64,000 nucleotides of DNA from contig NC_091282.1 in assembly GCF_032444005.1 (NCBI RefSeq), forward strand, positions 794,158,001-794,222,000. Direction: 5' to 3'. Source of the stretch: Ranitomeya imitator (Eukaryota). The notes below the pieces were generated by a model. That model saw only the letters and a program-made list of their open reading frames with translations, was not told where the DNA came from and made no database searches. Positions within the stretch are counted from its first letter, which is position 1. Every line of letters starts with the position of its first letter. Of this stretch, positions 25,058 through 43,121 are shown piece after piece. Position numbers and translations under genes: made by a program.

Positions 25058-25744
25058 TGCCTACAAAGTAGACATTTATTAACCTTATCATTTGTCCTTT
25101 TTTGCCAACGAATCCATCTGAGTGATCGTTTCAATCGTGGTTTGGTTTGTCAATGGAGAGAATGCAGCTCCACTCGTCCGGCCATTTCTCCCTTTACCTT
25201 AATAAACAAATTAAGCAAGAACAGTTCAAAGCAGAACATATGTGAAAAAAGATCCAATTTGCTTTTCTTTAACAAGTTTCTTCAATTTTAATCTATAAAA
25301 GCTGCTTTTGCAATCTCCTAACGAGGAATTCCCCTTCCTCAGATAAGAAATTCAATTATTGTTTCTCTACAAAATAAAAGATTTCTACTCTAGTGTCGGC
25401 GCTGTCCTTAGAGCAGGTAACGCTCGCTGGGGAGAATACTGACTTCTGGGTTTCAAAGAGTTTTTCAGATTTTTTAAATTATGGTTGAATTGTATCATAA
25501 ATCACAATCGCGGCATATGCTGCATGACACCCAGCTGGTAGGAATGAATACACCGTGATTAGAGATGATAAAATGTTACACTTACACAGTGCTTTCTTGG
25601 ATGCAATAATTGGCGTTTAGATAAGAACTAAACTGAATATGTGTCGTTACACACAAATTTCAGCTTTATATATTGACATAATCTACATAAAGAATAGAGT
25701 AACTTTGTAAATACAATCATTACTGTTCCTGCATAAAATCCAGT

Positions 25745-27230
25745 ACTATACTCCAGAGCTACACTCACTATTCTGCTGGTGAAGTCACTGTATACATACA
25801 TTACATTACTGATCCTGAGTTACATCCTGTATTATACTCCAGAGCTGCACTCACTATTCTGCTGGTGAAGTCACTGTGTACATACATTACATTACTGATC
25901 CTGAGTTACATCCTGTATTATACTCCAGAGCTGCACTCACTATTCTGCTGGTGAAGTCACTGTGTACATACATTATATTACTGATCCTGAGTCACATCCT
26001 GTATTGTACTCTAGAGCTGTAATCACTATTCTGCTGGTGCAGTCACTGTGTACATACATTACATTACTGATCCTGCGTTACATCCTGTATTACACCCCAG
26101 AGCTGCACTCACTATTCTGCTGGTGCAGTCACTGTGTACATACATTACATTACTGATCCCGAGTTACATCCTGTATTATACCCCAGAGCTGCACTCACTA
26201 TTCGGCAGGTGCAGTCACTGTGTACATACATTACATTACTGATCCTGAGTTACATCCTGTATTATACCCCAGAGCTGTACTCACTATTCTGCTGGTGCAG
26301 TCACTGTGTACATACATTACATTACTGATCCTGAGTTACATCCTGTATTATGCTCCAGATCTGCACTCACTATTCTGCTGGTGCAGTCACTGTGTACATA
26401 CATTACATTACTGATCCTGAGTTACATCCTGTATTATACCCCAGAGCTGTACTCACTATTCTGCTGGTGCAGTCACTGTGTACATACATTACATTACTGA
26501 TCCTGAGTTACATCCTGTATTATGCTCCAGAGCTGCACTCACTATTCTGCTGGTGCAGTCACTGTGTACATACATTACATTACTGATCCTGCGTTACATC
26601 CTGTATTACACCCCAGAGCTGCACTCACTATTCTGCTGGTGCAGTCACTGTGTACATACATTACATTACTGATCCTGAGTTACATCCTGTATTATACCCC
26701 AGAGCTGCACTCACTATTCGGCAGGTGCAGTCACTGTGTACATACATTACATTACTGATCCTGAGTTACATCCTGTATTATACCCCAGAGCTGTACTCAC
26801 TATTCTGCTGGTGCAGTCACTGTGTACATACATTACATTACTGATCCTGAGTTACATCCTGTATTATGCTCCAGATCTGCACTCACTATTCTGCTGGTGC
26901 AGTCACTGTGTACATACATTACATTACTGATCCTGAGTTACATCCTGTATTATACCCCAGAGCTGTACTCACTATTCTGCTGGTGCAGTCACTGTGTACA
27001 TACATTACATTACTGATCCTGAGTTACATCCTGTATTATGCTCCAGATCTGCACTCACTATTCTGCTGGTGCAGTCACTGTGTACATACATTACATTACT
27101 GATCCTGAGTTACATCCTGTATTATACCCCAGAGCTGTACTCACTATTCTGCTGGTGCAGTCACTGTGTACATACATTACATTACTGATCCTGAGTTACA
27201 TCCTGTATTATGCTCCAGATCTGCACTCAC
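25745..27230. repeat. 86-bp satellite, left block (about 17 units)
   Basis: Unit TCACTGTGTACATACATTACATTACTGATCCTGAGTTACATCCTGTATTATACTCCAGAGCTGCACTCACTATTCTGCTGGTGCAG; ORF track starts are spaced 86 bp apart. Confidence 0.95.
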
Positions 27231-28148
27231 TAGGGTTGAGCGAAACGGATCGGACAAATTCAAAAACCGCCGACTTTCGGCAAAGTCGGGTTTCATGAAA
27301 CCCGACACGATCCTAGTGTGGGATCGAACATGAGGCCGGCGATCTGCGCGCAAAAGTCGCGTTTCGTGTGATGCTTTCAGCGCCATTTTTCAGCCAATGA
27401 AGGAGGACGCAGAGTGTGGGCAACGTGATGACATAGGTCTCGGTCCCCACTATCTTAGAGGGCATGACAGTGATTGGCTTGCTTTCTGCAGCGTCACAGG
27501 GGCTATAAAGGGGCGTGCACGCCGACCGCCATCTTACTTCTGCCGATCATAGCATAGGGAGAGGTTGCCGCAGCTTCATCAGAAGAAGGGATATAGTTAG
27601 GCAGGGTACATTAACCCCCAAACTTCTTGTGCTGTAGCGATTTCCACTGTCCAACACCACCATTTGTTTGCAGGGACAGTGGAGGCTATATTTTTGTGCA
27701 TCAGCTCTGTAGCTTATTAGGCTGCATTATACCAACTGCTTTTTTAAAACCAAAAATCCTGTTGCTCCTTTCTGCACAGTTATCTTGTTTATTTGTCCAC
27801 ACTTTTGTGTGCAGCAGTCATTTTTATTGCTGCCATACTTTTCCTGAGATCATTGTAGGGAGATTGAAATTGTACTACAGTCCTTGTATTTTTTCATATA
27901 TCTTCCAGCCACTTTCTGCCACTTACATTGTGTTGCTTTATGCAGAGGGCCTGAGTTTTGGTTCAGTCTCCCCCCAAAAAAGTGAGATTCAAATTCTCAC
28001 AAAGTGGATATACTGCAGTCCTGTTAGTTTGTCATATATCAGCCAGCCACTTTCTGCCACTTAGATTGCGTTGTTATATACAATGGGCCTGAGTTTTGGT
28101 TCAGTCTCCCCCCAAAAAAGTGAGATTCAAATTCTCACAAAGTGGATA

Positions 28149-29419
28149 TGCAGCACTCCAGAGTCCTGGTTCGTTGCAGTAATGTTATTCTTCCACCAGG
28201 TGGAGTGATGTTAGGTCTGAAGGCAATGAAGGAGATCTTCTGTCCAGGTATCACAACCACTACACACACTTCACACTCCAGTCCACCAGGGGAGACAAGC
28301 TTTTATCTATTAGGGAACTCCTCACACTTGGGTAAAACTGGTGGGTTGGGGAGGAAGTTAGGCAGAAGCTGACTGGGCATCGACCTAGGCAGAAAGGGAC
28401 AGAAGCTGACTGGAGGGAGAAGGAGATAGTCAGTGGGTCCTGACCGAGTTTAGCAGAGTCTGGCTGGGTTGGGTTCCAGCCAGCTCCAGACTGCGGCCTA
28501 CGGAAGGAAGGTACACGGAGCTGCGCCTGCTCAACGTGCGGCAGCATCCTAAGAAAGGACACAAAAGGAATTGTGTTGCAGTGACTGAGCAACGAAGTCA
28601 TGGCAACAGGAAAGGAACATCAGAGGGAGACCAGCTAGAAGCAAGCTGCCTCTTTCTGAAGCGCAGGACCGGTAGCCAGAACACCGAGGGAGTAAAGAGC
28701 TCTATGCCGTTACTTCAGAGACTGGCAGGACAGTTAATTCCACGTTAGCTGCCCGACCATTTACCCAGGAGGCAGGGTGGCAACATTGTGGGGGGGACGG
28801 GCGTCACTATGGTCCCTGTAAAAAGCCTCAGACCACCAGTCATACGGGTTTATCCTTTCCGTCAGGGGGACAGAGAGAAGAGACTTAACATTTACAATAG
28901 TTGTGAGGACCTTACCGAGTTGCTCAGCAGGGAGGTACTACAACGTCCAGGCGCTAGACGAAGACTATTGAATTCCACCTGGATAAGGGGACTCTGGATT
29001 TGGCTTCAGACTGGCCGGACTCTGCCTACCCTGTGGTCCCTGCCCTGGACTGTGGATGCTGAAGCCTTCAGTAAAGGTAAAGAGACTGCAACCTTGTGTC
29101 CTCGTTATTCATTGCGCCTTACATCATTCACCATCCACCATCTACACTCGGGGAAACCCTGGGGACATACTTCACCTGTGGGAAGGTATACCATCTAGCT
29201 GCCATAACATCACCCCAGCGGACCCCTAAGCAGCGTCGGTCACCCTGACCGAATACCACAGGTGGCGTCACGAACATTATTATTATTAAAGACCTTTCCC
29301 CTCATTTTCAACGGACGTCCCTTAGGGCCACGGACCGGGTCAGCAACCGTGACATCCCCACTGCGAACAGAAGGGCCCGGATCTGAGTACCCCATTGCCC
29401 TACACGGGGGGACGCTCCA
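28149..29419 (+). mobile_element. Gypsy-like solo LTR (about 1.27 kb)
   Basis: TG...CA termini (TGCAGCACTCC...GGACGCTCCA); exact 4-bp TSD GATA (28145-28148, 29420-29423) restores the host repeat GTGGATATACTGCAG. Confidence 0.8.
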
Positions 29420-31243
29420 GATATACTGCAGTCCTGTTAGTTTGTCGTATGTCAGCCAGCCACTTTCTGCCACTTAGATTGCGTTGCCATATACACTGGG
29501 CCTGAGTTTTGGTTCAGTCTCTCCAAAGAAAAGTGAGATTCAAATTCTCACAAAGTGGATATACTTCAGTCCTGTTAGTTTGTTGTATATCAGCCAGCCA
29601 CTTTCTGCCACTTAGATTGTGTTGTTATATACACTGGGCCTGAGTTTGGTTCAGTCTCCCAAAAAAAAAGGGAGATTTAAATTCTCAACAAGTTTATATA
29701 CACCTTCTACCTTGTTTTACAGTATCATATAACGGTTGTTATTTTGGTTAGATTTTCCAAAAGATGAGGAAGTCTGGTGGAAGAGCCCGTGGGCGGTGGT
29801 TGCCAGCTGGTACTGATGGTGATGGTGGTGGTGGTGCATCTGGTGGTAGTTGCAAAAGCACAATAGCACCTAAGGCTGGAGGTGTTGAGCCAGCATCATC
29901 GTCTGGTTACACAAGGCCTCGAAGGCTCCCTTATCTGGGAGTAGGAAAACAGCTTTTAAAGCCGGATGATCTAACCTTCATTAAAATAAACCAATCATGG
30001 ATTTCAAATTATTTTGCCCCACCTTCCCCTGCTGACTCGTAGCTTGCCTGAAAACTGTCTTGCTTTTGGCCTCCTCTCACTGACTTCTCCAATTCCTCCA
30101 TTTGCAGCTGCTGAATGTCCACCATAGGCCATTTTTATACCTCTCTAAAGGGGCTGACTCCTCCCACAGGGCCGTGGTCACCACCTGGCGCAAGCACCTG
30201 TGCGAGTGCCGTTTGCTTGGACAGGTGGGTGTGCCCACACTTGGGCGACGGCACTGGCACAGGGTCCCTCATAGTACAATGAAGTGTCTCTGACGGTGGT
30301 GGTGCACAACCAACGTCAGACACACCATCGTAATATGAGGGGCCCTGTTCCAGTACCGCCACCCACGAGAAAGTGTCCCCCCCCAGCTCGAACAGTGCTC
30401 TACCACTTGCAATACTTACCTCTCCCTGCTCCTTCAATGGCACTGCCAATACAAATTTGTTGAAATGATAGATGATAGTTAAAATATACAGGGGCCCTGG
30501 CCTCCATGTTGACCAGTTAATACTTTGCGCCTACTACCACTGTCTGCCACTCAGCAGAGGAGCCCACCCCTGTATCTAGCTATGCCACCTGTTTAGTCCT
30601 GTTACCAATTTTGAACTGCATTTAGCCTACTTTAGTATTTGGGTCTACTAAGTGTATCTGCCACTCATTACAGTTGTCCTCCACTGAACAAAGCAATGCC
30701 ACCTGTTTAGTGCTGTTACCAATTTTGAACTGCATTTAGCCTACTTTAGTATTTGGGCCTACTAACTGTGTCTGCCACTCATTACAGTTGTCCTCCACTG
30801 AACAAAGCAATGCCGCCTGTTTAGCCCTGTTACCAATTTTGAACTGCATTTAGCCTACTTTATTATTTGGGCCTACAGTGCCTACAAGTAGTATTCAACC
30901 CCCTGCAGATTTAGCAGGTTTACACATTTGGAATTAACTTGGCATTGTGACATTTGGACTGTAGATCAGCCTGGAAGTGTGAAATGCACTGCAGCAAAAA
31001 AGAATGTTATTTCTTTGTTTATTTTTTTTTTTTAAATTGTGAAAAGTCTTTTCAGAGGGTCATTTATTATTCAACCCCTCAACCCACCAGAATTCTGTTT
31101 GGTTCCCCTAAAGTATTAAGAAGTAGTTCAGGCACAAAGAACAATGAGCTTCACATGTTTGGATTAATTATCTCTTTTTCCAGCCTTTTCTGACTATTTA
31201 AGACCTTCCCCAAACTTGTGAACAGCACTCATACATGGTCAAC

Positions 31244-35789
<4,546 letters not shown>

Positions 35790-35902
35790 ACCAGGGGGTT
35801 AAATACTAATTGACCCACACTTTTATGTTTAAAATTTATAAAAATTAACTGAGCAACAAAACATTTTGGTTTGTAAGATTTATGCATCTGTTAATAAATC
35901 CT

Positions 35903-37170
35903 ATAAATAACAAAAAATATATTATACAATATATATATACACCTGCGCTTATCCTAACAGAATATACTGGTATGCATACACCGTGGGTGGTTACCTTATT
36001 TATTGACGGGTAGTAGAAAATCCGTCTATAGATGTACAGGCAAATCAGGAAAGGCTTGTATGAAGTGACTGAAATGGTAAACGATACACTAGTGAACACC
36101 AATGAACGTTTACAGAAATGTAAATGCACAGGACTATAGGTGTCACAAACACTAAGCTCAAAAAAATGGAATAGTGCCAATAAAAACAATAAAATATGAT
36201 ATATAATGGACTGTGCAGGACTAATGAGTGCCCATATGATGCGCCCCCAATAAAGGACCCTGATGAAGGAAACCGGAGTATTTCCGAAACGCGTTGGTTT
36301 GGCTCCCACAGCGCACCGTATCATCACTGAAGGCACCACGTGACCTATTAGCACGTGACGCGCACGTCACAGCAGGTCCTGTACAGCATAGTCAAGGACT
36401 TAATACAGGCTGCGCGGGCGTCCGTCACCGGCCGGGACGGCGCCTATACCAGCCGCCTGAGGACTTTCAGAGCAAGCGTCTATTGGAAGCTAAGTATAAA
36501 GACTTTTTTTATTATTGTCTTATCGCCAAGAAGTGCACGGACATATTAAGCATCACTCTGCCAGTCTACTCCCATGAGTACGTACAACCAAGGTACCGGA
36601 TCTTCATCTGCTGTGTATTGAGTGCATAAATCAGAGTCAGCTGCACATATTAGCGACTCTTCTTTTCTTTGTTTTCAGGCTATGCACTTCTGAGGGTGGT
36701 AGCACACTAGCCCTCCGTTTTTTATAGTCCTTTATTGGGGGCGCATCATATGGGCACTCATTAGTCCTGCACAGTCCATTATATATCATATTTTATTGTT
36801 TTTATTGGCACTATTCCATTTTTTTGAGCTTAGTGTTTGTGACACCTATAGTCCTGTGCATTTACATTTCTGTAAACGTTCATTGGTGTTCACTAGTGTA
36901 TCGTTTACCATTTCAGTCACTTCATACAAGCCTTTCCTGATTTGCCTGTACATCTATAGACGGATTTTCTACTACCCGTCAATTAATAAGGTAACCACCC
37001 ACGGTGTATGCATACCAGTATATTCTGTTAGGATAAGCGCAGGTGTATATATATATTGTATAATATATTTTTTGTTATTTATAGTTCCCCTTTCTCCTCT
37101 GTGTGGTGAGGAGTATTACCCGCAGCTATCCCTATCCACCTCACGAGCGCCGCTTATCTATACATTAGAA
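35903..37170 (+). mobile_element. Penelope-like element remnant (inverted arm, hammerhead, arm, tail)
   Basis: 14-bp TSD TGTTAATAAATCCT (35889-35902, 37171-37184); 35903-36258 is an inverted copy of 36727-37082; 88-bp unpaired tail; hammerhead motif at the inversion junction. Confidence 0.8.
36255..36300 (+). ncRNA. Minimal type I hammerhead ribozyme motif
   Basis: GGACC-CTGATGA-A-GGAAA(CCGGAGTA)TTTCC-GAAA-CGCGT-T-GGTTT: core CUGAUGA and GAAA, stem II, palindromic stem III (ACGCGT), stem I GGACC/GGTTT; predicted cleavage after T36295. Confidence 0.7.
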
Positions 37171-38700
37171 TGTTAATAAATCCTGCTCTTGTTTGAAGTA
37201 TGAAGGCTCTAACTTATTTGCATCTTATTAACCCCTTTCTGACATCGGATGTACTATCCCGTCCATGTGGGGTGGGCCCCTATGACCATGGACGGGATAG
37301 TACATCCAGCGCGATCGGCGGCGCTCACGGGGGGAGCGCCGCCGATCGCGGCCGGGTGTCAGCTGCCTATCGCAGCTGACATCCGGCACTATGTGCCAGG
37401 AGCAGTCACGGACCGCCACCGGCACATTAACCCCCGGCACACCGCGATCAAAGATGATCGCGATGTGCCGGCGGTACAGGGAAGCTTCCCGCAGGGAGGG
37501 GGCTCCCTGCGGGCTTCCCTGAGCCCCCCGCAGCAACGCGATGTGATCGCGTTGCTGCGAGGGTCTCACCTCCCTCCCTGCTCCCTCCAGCCCCGGATCT
37601 AAGATGGCCGCGGATCCGGGTCCTGCAGGGAGGGAGGTGGCTTCACAGAGCCTGCTCAGAGCAGGCACTGTGAAGCCTGCAGCGCCGCATGTCAGATCAG
37701 TGATCTGACAGAGTGCTGTGCAAACTGTCAGATCACTGATCTGTGATGTCCCCCCCTGGGACAAAGTAAAAAAGTAAAAAAAAAAATTTTCAAATATGTA
37801 AAAAAAAAATAAAAAAAAATATTCCAAAATAATGAAAAAAAAATAAAAATATTATTCCCATAAATACATTTCTTTATCTAAAAAAAACAAAAAAACAATT
37901 AAAGTACACATATTTAGTATCGCCGCGTCCGTAACGGCCCGACCTATAAAACTGGCCCACTAGTTAACCCCTTCAGTAAACACCGTAAGAAAAAAAAAAA
38001 AAAAACGAGGCAAAAAACAACGCTTTATTATCATACCGCCGAACAAAAAGTGGAATAACACGCGATCAAAAAGACAGATATAAATAACCATGGTACCGCT
38101 AAAAACGTCATCTTGTCCCGCAAAAAACGAGCCACCATACAGCATCATCAGCAAAAAAATAAAAAAGTTATAGTCCTGAGAATAAAGCGATGCCAAAATA
38201 ATTATTTTTTCTATAAAATAGTTTTTATCGTATAAAAGTGCCAAAACATAAAAAAATGATATAAATGAGGTGTCGCTGTAATCGTACTGACCCGAAGAAT
38301 AAAACTGCTTTATCAATTTTACCAAACGCGGAACGGTATAAACGCCTCCCCCAAAAGAAATTCATGAATAGCTGGTTTTTGGTCATTCTGCCTCACAAAA
38401 ATCGGAATAAAAAGCGATCAAAAAATGTCACGTGCCCGAAAATGATACCAATAAAAACGTCAACTCGTCCCGCAAAAAACAAGACCTCACATGACTCTGT
38501 GGACCAAAATATAGAAAAATTATAGCTCTCAAAATGTGGTAACGCAAAAAATATTTTTTGCAATAAAAAGCGTCTTTCAGTGTGTGACGGCTGCCAATCA
38601 TAAAAATCCGCTAAAAAACCCGCTATAAAAGTAAATCAAACCCCCCTTCATCACCCCCTTAGTTAGGGAAAAATTAAAAAAATGTATTTATTTCCATTTT

Positions 38701-38926
38701 NNNNNNNNNNNNNNNNNNNNNNNNNNNNNNNNNNNNNNNNNNNNNNNNNNNNNNNNNNNNNNNNNNNNNNNNNNNNNNNNNNNNNNNNNNNNNNNNNNNN
38801 NNNNNNNNNNNNNNNNNNNNNNNNNNNNNNNNNNNNNNNNNNNNNNNNNNNNNNNNNNNNNNNNNNNNNNNNNNNNNNNNNNNNNNNNNNNNNNNNNNNN
38901 NNNNNNNNNNNNNNNNNNNNNNNNNN
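38701..38926. other. Assembly gap (N run)
   Basis: 226 consecutive N. Confidence 1.
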
Positions 38927-39075
38927 TTGGGGCTAAAGTTACAGTTAGGGTTTAGATTACATTTACGGTTGGGAATAGGGTTGGGATTAGGGTTAGAGGT
39001 GTGTCAGGGTTAGAGGTGTGGTTAGGGTTACTGTTGGGATTAGGGTTAGGGATGTGTTTGGATTAGGGTTTCAGT
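38927..39075 (+). repeat. Degenerate (TTAGGG)n-like tract inside the piggyBac element
   Basis: Multiple TTAGGG, TTAGAGG and TTGGG units adjoining the gap. Confidence 0.7.
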
Positions 39076-39099
39076 TATAATTGTGGGGTTTCCACTGTT

Positions 39100-41760
39100 T
39101 AGGCACATCAGGGGCTCTCCAAACGCGACATGGCGTCCGATCTCAATTCCAGCCAATTCTGCGTTGAAAAAGTAAAACAGTGCTTCTTCCCTTCCGAGCT
39201 CTCCCGTGTGCCCAAACAGGGGTTTACCCCAACATATGGGGTATCAGCGTACTCAGGACAAATAGGACAACAACTCTTGGGGTCCAATTTCTCCTGTTAC
39301 CCTTGGGAAAATACAAAACTCGGGGCTAAAACATATTTTTTGTGGGAATAAAAAAGATTTTTTATTTTCACGGCTCTGCGTTATAAACTGTAGTGAAACA
39401 CTTGGGGGTTCAAAGTTCTCACAACACATCTAGATTAGTTCCCTGGGGGGTAGTTTCCAATATGGGGTCACTTGTGGGGGGTTTCTACTGTTTAGGTACA
39501 TTAGGGGTTCTGCAAACGCAATGTGACGTCTGCAGACCATTCCATCTAAGTCTGCATTCCAAATGGCGCTCCTTCCCTTCCGAGCTCTGCCATGCGCTCA
39601 AACGGTGGTTTCCCCCAACATACGGGGTATCAGCATACTCAGGACAAATTGGACAACAACTTTTGGGGTCGAATTTCTCCTCTTACCCTCGGGAAAATAC
39701 AAAACTGGGGGCTAAAAAATAATTTTGGGGGAAAGATTTTTTTTTTTAATTTTCACGGCTCTGCGTTACAAACTGTAGTGAAACACTTGGGGGTTCAAAG
39801 CTATCACAACACATCTAGATGAGTTCCTTAGGGGTCTAGTTTCCAAAATGGTGTCACTTGTGGGAGGTTTCTACTGTTTAGGTACATTAGGGGCTCTGCA
39901 AATGCAATGTGACACCTGCAGACCATTCCATCTAAGTCCTCATTCCAAATGGAGCTCCTTCCTTTCCGAGCCCTGCCATGCGCCCAAACAGTGCTTCGCC
40001 CCCACATATGGGGTATCAGCGCACTCAGGACAAATTGGACAACAAATTGTGGGGTCGAATTTCTCCTGTTACCCTCGGGAAAATACAAAACTGGGGGCTA
40101 AAAAATAATTTTTGTGGGAAAAAATTTTTGTTTTATTTTTACGGCTCTCCATTATAAACTTCTGTGAAGCCCTTGGTGGGTCAAAGCGCTCAGCACACAT
40201 CTAGATAAGTTCCTAAGGGGGTCTACTTTCCAAAATGGTGTCACTTGTGGGGGGTTTCTACTGTTTAGGTACATTAGGGGCTCTGCAAACGCAATGTGAC
40301 ACCTGCAGACCATTCCATCTAAGTCTGCATTCAAATGGCACTCCTTCCCTTCTGAGCCCTCCCATGTGCCCAAACAGTGGTTCCCCCCACATATGGTGTA
40401 TCATCGCACTCAGGACAAATTGGGCAACAAATTTTGGGGTCCAATTTCTCCTGTTACCCTCAGGAAAATACAAAACTGGGGGCTAAAAAAATAATTTTTG
40501 TGGGAAAAAAATTTTGTTTTATTTTTACGGCGCTGCATTATAAACTTCTGTGAAGCACTTGGTGGGTCAAAGTGCTCGCCACACCTCTAAATAAGTTCCA
40601 TAGGGGGTCTACTTTCCAAAATGGTGTCATTTGTGGGGGGTTTCAATGTTTAGGCACATCAGTGCCTCTTCAAACGCAACATGGCGTCCCATCTCAATTC
40701 CTGTCAATTTTGCTTTGAAAAGTCAAACGGCGCTCCTTCCCTTCCGAGTTCTCCCATCCGCCCAAACAGTGGTTTACCCCCACATATGGGGTATCAGCGT
40801 ACTCAGGACAAATTGTACAACAACTTTTGCGGTCCAATTTCTTCTCTTACCCTTGGGAAAATAAAAAATTGGGGGCAAAAAGATAATTTTTGTGAAAAAA
40901 TATGATTTTTTATTTTTACGGTTCTACATTATAAACTTCTGTGAAGCACTTGGTGGGTCAAAGTGCTCACCACACCTCTAGATAAGTTCCTTAGGGGGTC
41001 TACTTTCCAAAATGGTGTCACTTGTGGGGGGTTTCAATGTTTAGGCACATCAGTGGCTCTTCAAACGCAACATGACGTCCCATCTCAATTCCTGTCAATT
41101 TTGCATTGAAAAGTCAAACGGCGCTCCTTCCCTTCCGAGCTCTCCCATCCGCCCAAACAGTGGTTTACCCCCACATATGGGCTATCAGCGTACTCAGGAC
41201 AAATTGTACAACAACTTTTGGGGTCCAATTTCTTCTCTTACCCTTGGGAAAATAAAAAATTGGGGGCGAAAAGATAATTTTTGTGAAAAAATATGATTTT
41301 TTATTTTTACGGTTCTACATTATAAACTTCTGTGAAGCACTTGGTGGGTCAAAGTGCTCACCACACCTCTAGATAAGTTCCTTAGGGGGTCTACTTTCCA
41401 AAATGGTGTCACTTGTGGGGGGTTTCAATGTTTAGCCACATCAGGGGCTCTCCAAACGAAACATGGCGTCCCATCTCAATTCCAGTCAATTTTGCATTGA
41501 AAAGTCAAATGGCACTCCTTCGCTTCCGAGCTCTGCCATGCGCCCAAACAGTGGTTTACCCCCACATGTGGGGTATTGGCATACTCAGGACAAAATGTAC
41601 AACAATGTTTGGGGTCCATTTTCTCCTGTTACCCTTGGTAAAATAAAACAAATTGGAGCTGAATTAAATTTTTTGTGAAAAAAAGTTAAATGTTCATTTT
41701 TATTTAAACATTCAAAAAATTCCTGTGAAGCACCAGAAGGGTTAATAAACTTCTTGAATA
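39100..41760. repeat. About 388-bp tandem array (6-7 units) inside the piggyBac element
   Basis: CTAGATAAGTTCCT-like anchor recurs near 39430, 39816, 40201, 40588, 40979 and 41370. Confidence 0.85.
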
Positions 41761-43121
41761 TGGTTTTGAGCACCTTGAGGGGTGTAGTTTTTAGAATGGT
41801 GTCACACTTGGGTATTTTCTATCATATAGACCCCTCAAAATGACTTCAAATGAGATGTGGTCCCTAAAATAAAATGGTGTTGTAGAAATGAGAAATTGCT
41901 GGTCAAATTTTAACCCTTATAACTCCCTAACAAAAAAAAATTTTGGTTCCAAAATTGTGCTGATGTAAAGTAGACATGTGGGAAATGTTACTTATTAAAT
42001 ATTTTGTGTGACATATCTCTGTGATTTAATTGCATAAAAATTCAAAGTTGGAAAATTGCGAAATTTTCATAATTTTCGCCAAATTTCAGTTTTTTTCACA
42101 ATTAAATGCAGGTACTATCAAAGAATTTTTACCATTGTCATGAAGTACAATATGTCACGAGAAAACAGTGTCAGAATCACCAGGATCCATTGAAGCGTTC
42201 CAGAGTTATAACCTCATAAAGGGACAGTGGTCAGAATTGTAAAAATTGGCCCGGTCATTAACGTGCAAACCACCCTTGGGGGTAAAGGGGTTAAACCTGC
42301 TAAATCTGTAGGGGGTTGAATACTACTTGTAGGCACTGTATATCTGAGTTTCCTCCTCATCCTACCCATTGCCCAGCCACAGCTAGATGAGTCTGCTGGT
42401 ACATTGACCCAGACCACTACATTCCCCTTGCACTCTACACAGCCAGAATCTGACCCTGCTGAAAGTCAGGTTCCCCTTCCCGCATACTATACCACCTTAC
42501 ACAGGGGCAAAGAGGAAGGTGCAGATGAAAATGCAGGTTCGTTCATCAGGTGGGGGGGGGGCATGCTCATTGGCGACGTCACTGGCACAGGGCTCCTCAT
42601 ACTACGCAAAAGTGTCTCCGCCAGTGGGAGGTGCCACCCGCCGTCAAACACACCGCCGTACTATGAGGGGCCCAGTGCCAGTGCCAACGAGTGGGCCCCC
42701 CTGCTTGCTCTGGATCACAGCACTTGCAAAGTTGAAATACTTACCTCTCCCTGCTCCACCGCCGTGATGTATTCCGCATTTCCTGGGCCCACGAAAAACT
42801 TGAGCCAGCCCTCCCCCCCACAACTTTAGCCAAATGACCCCCAGTTTTCAATGCCTAACTATTATTATAAAGTAAATTAAGATTGACAAGCTTAAGTAAT
42901 AGAAACTGATGTTTTTGGCATTAAAATGGGCACTGTAAGTGTTTTCCTGTCCTCCACTCACTGCCAACTCTGATTCCCCATTGACTTGCATTGGGTTTCT
43001 TGTTTCAGTCTGCCCCTGACTTTTTGCAATAATCGGCCAATTTCACCCAACCCGACTTTTCACAAAGTCGGGTTTCGCAAAACCCGACTCGATCCGAAAA
43101 AGTAAAAGTCGCTCAACTCTA

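Larger units (their letters stand above)
37232..42290. mobile_element. Non-autonomous piggyBac-type element
   Basis: TTAA TSD (37228-37231, 42291-42294); ends CCCCTTT and AAAGGGG; host Tc1 sequence continues across it; spans an assembly gap. Confidence 0.8.

Noticed and set aside
25962-27298. Series of 64-aa MYIHYITDPEL ORFs (also 43151-44286)
   Set aside because: Translations of the 86-bp satellite.
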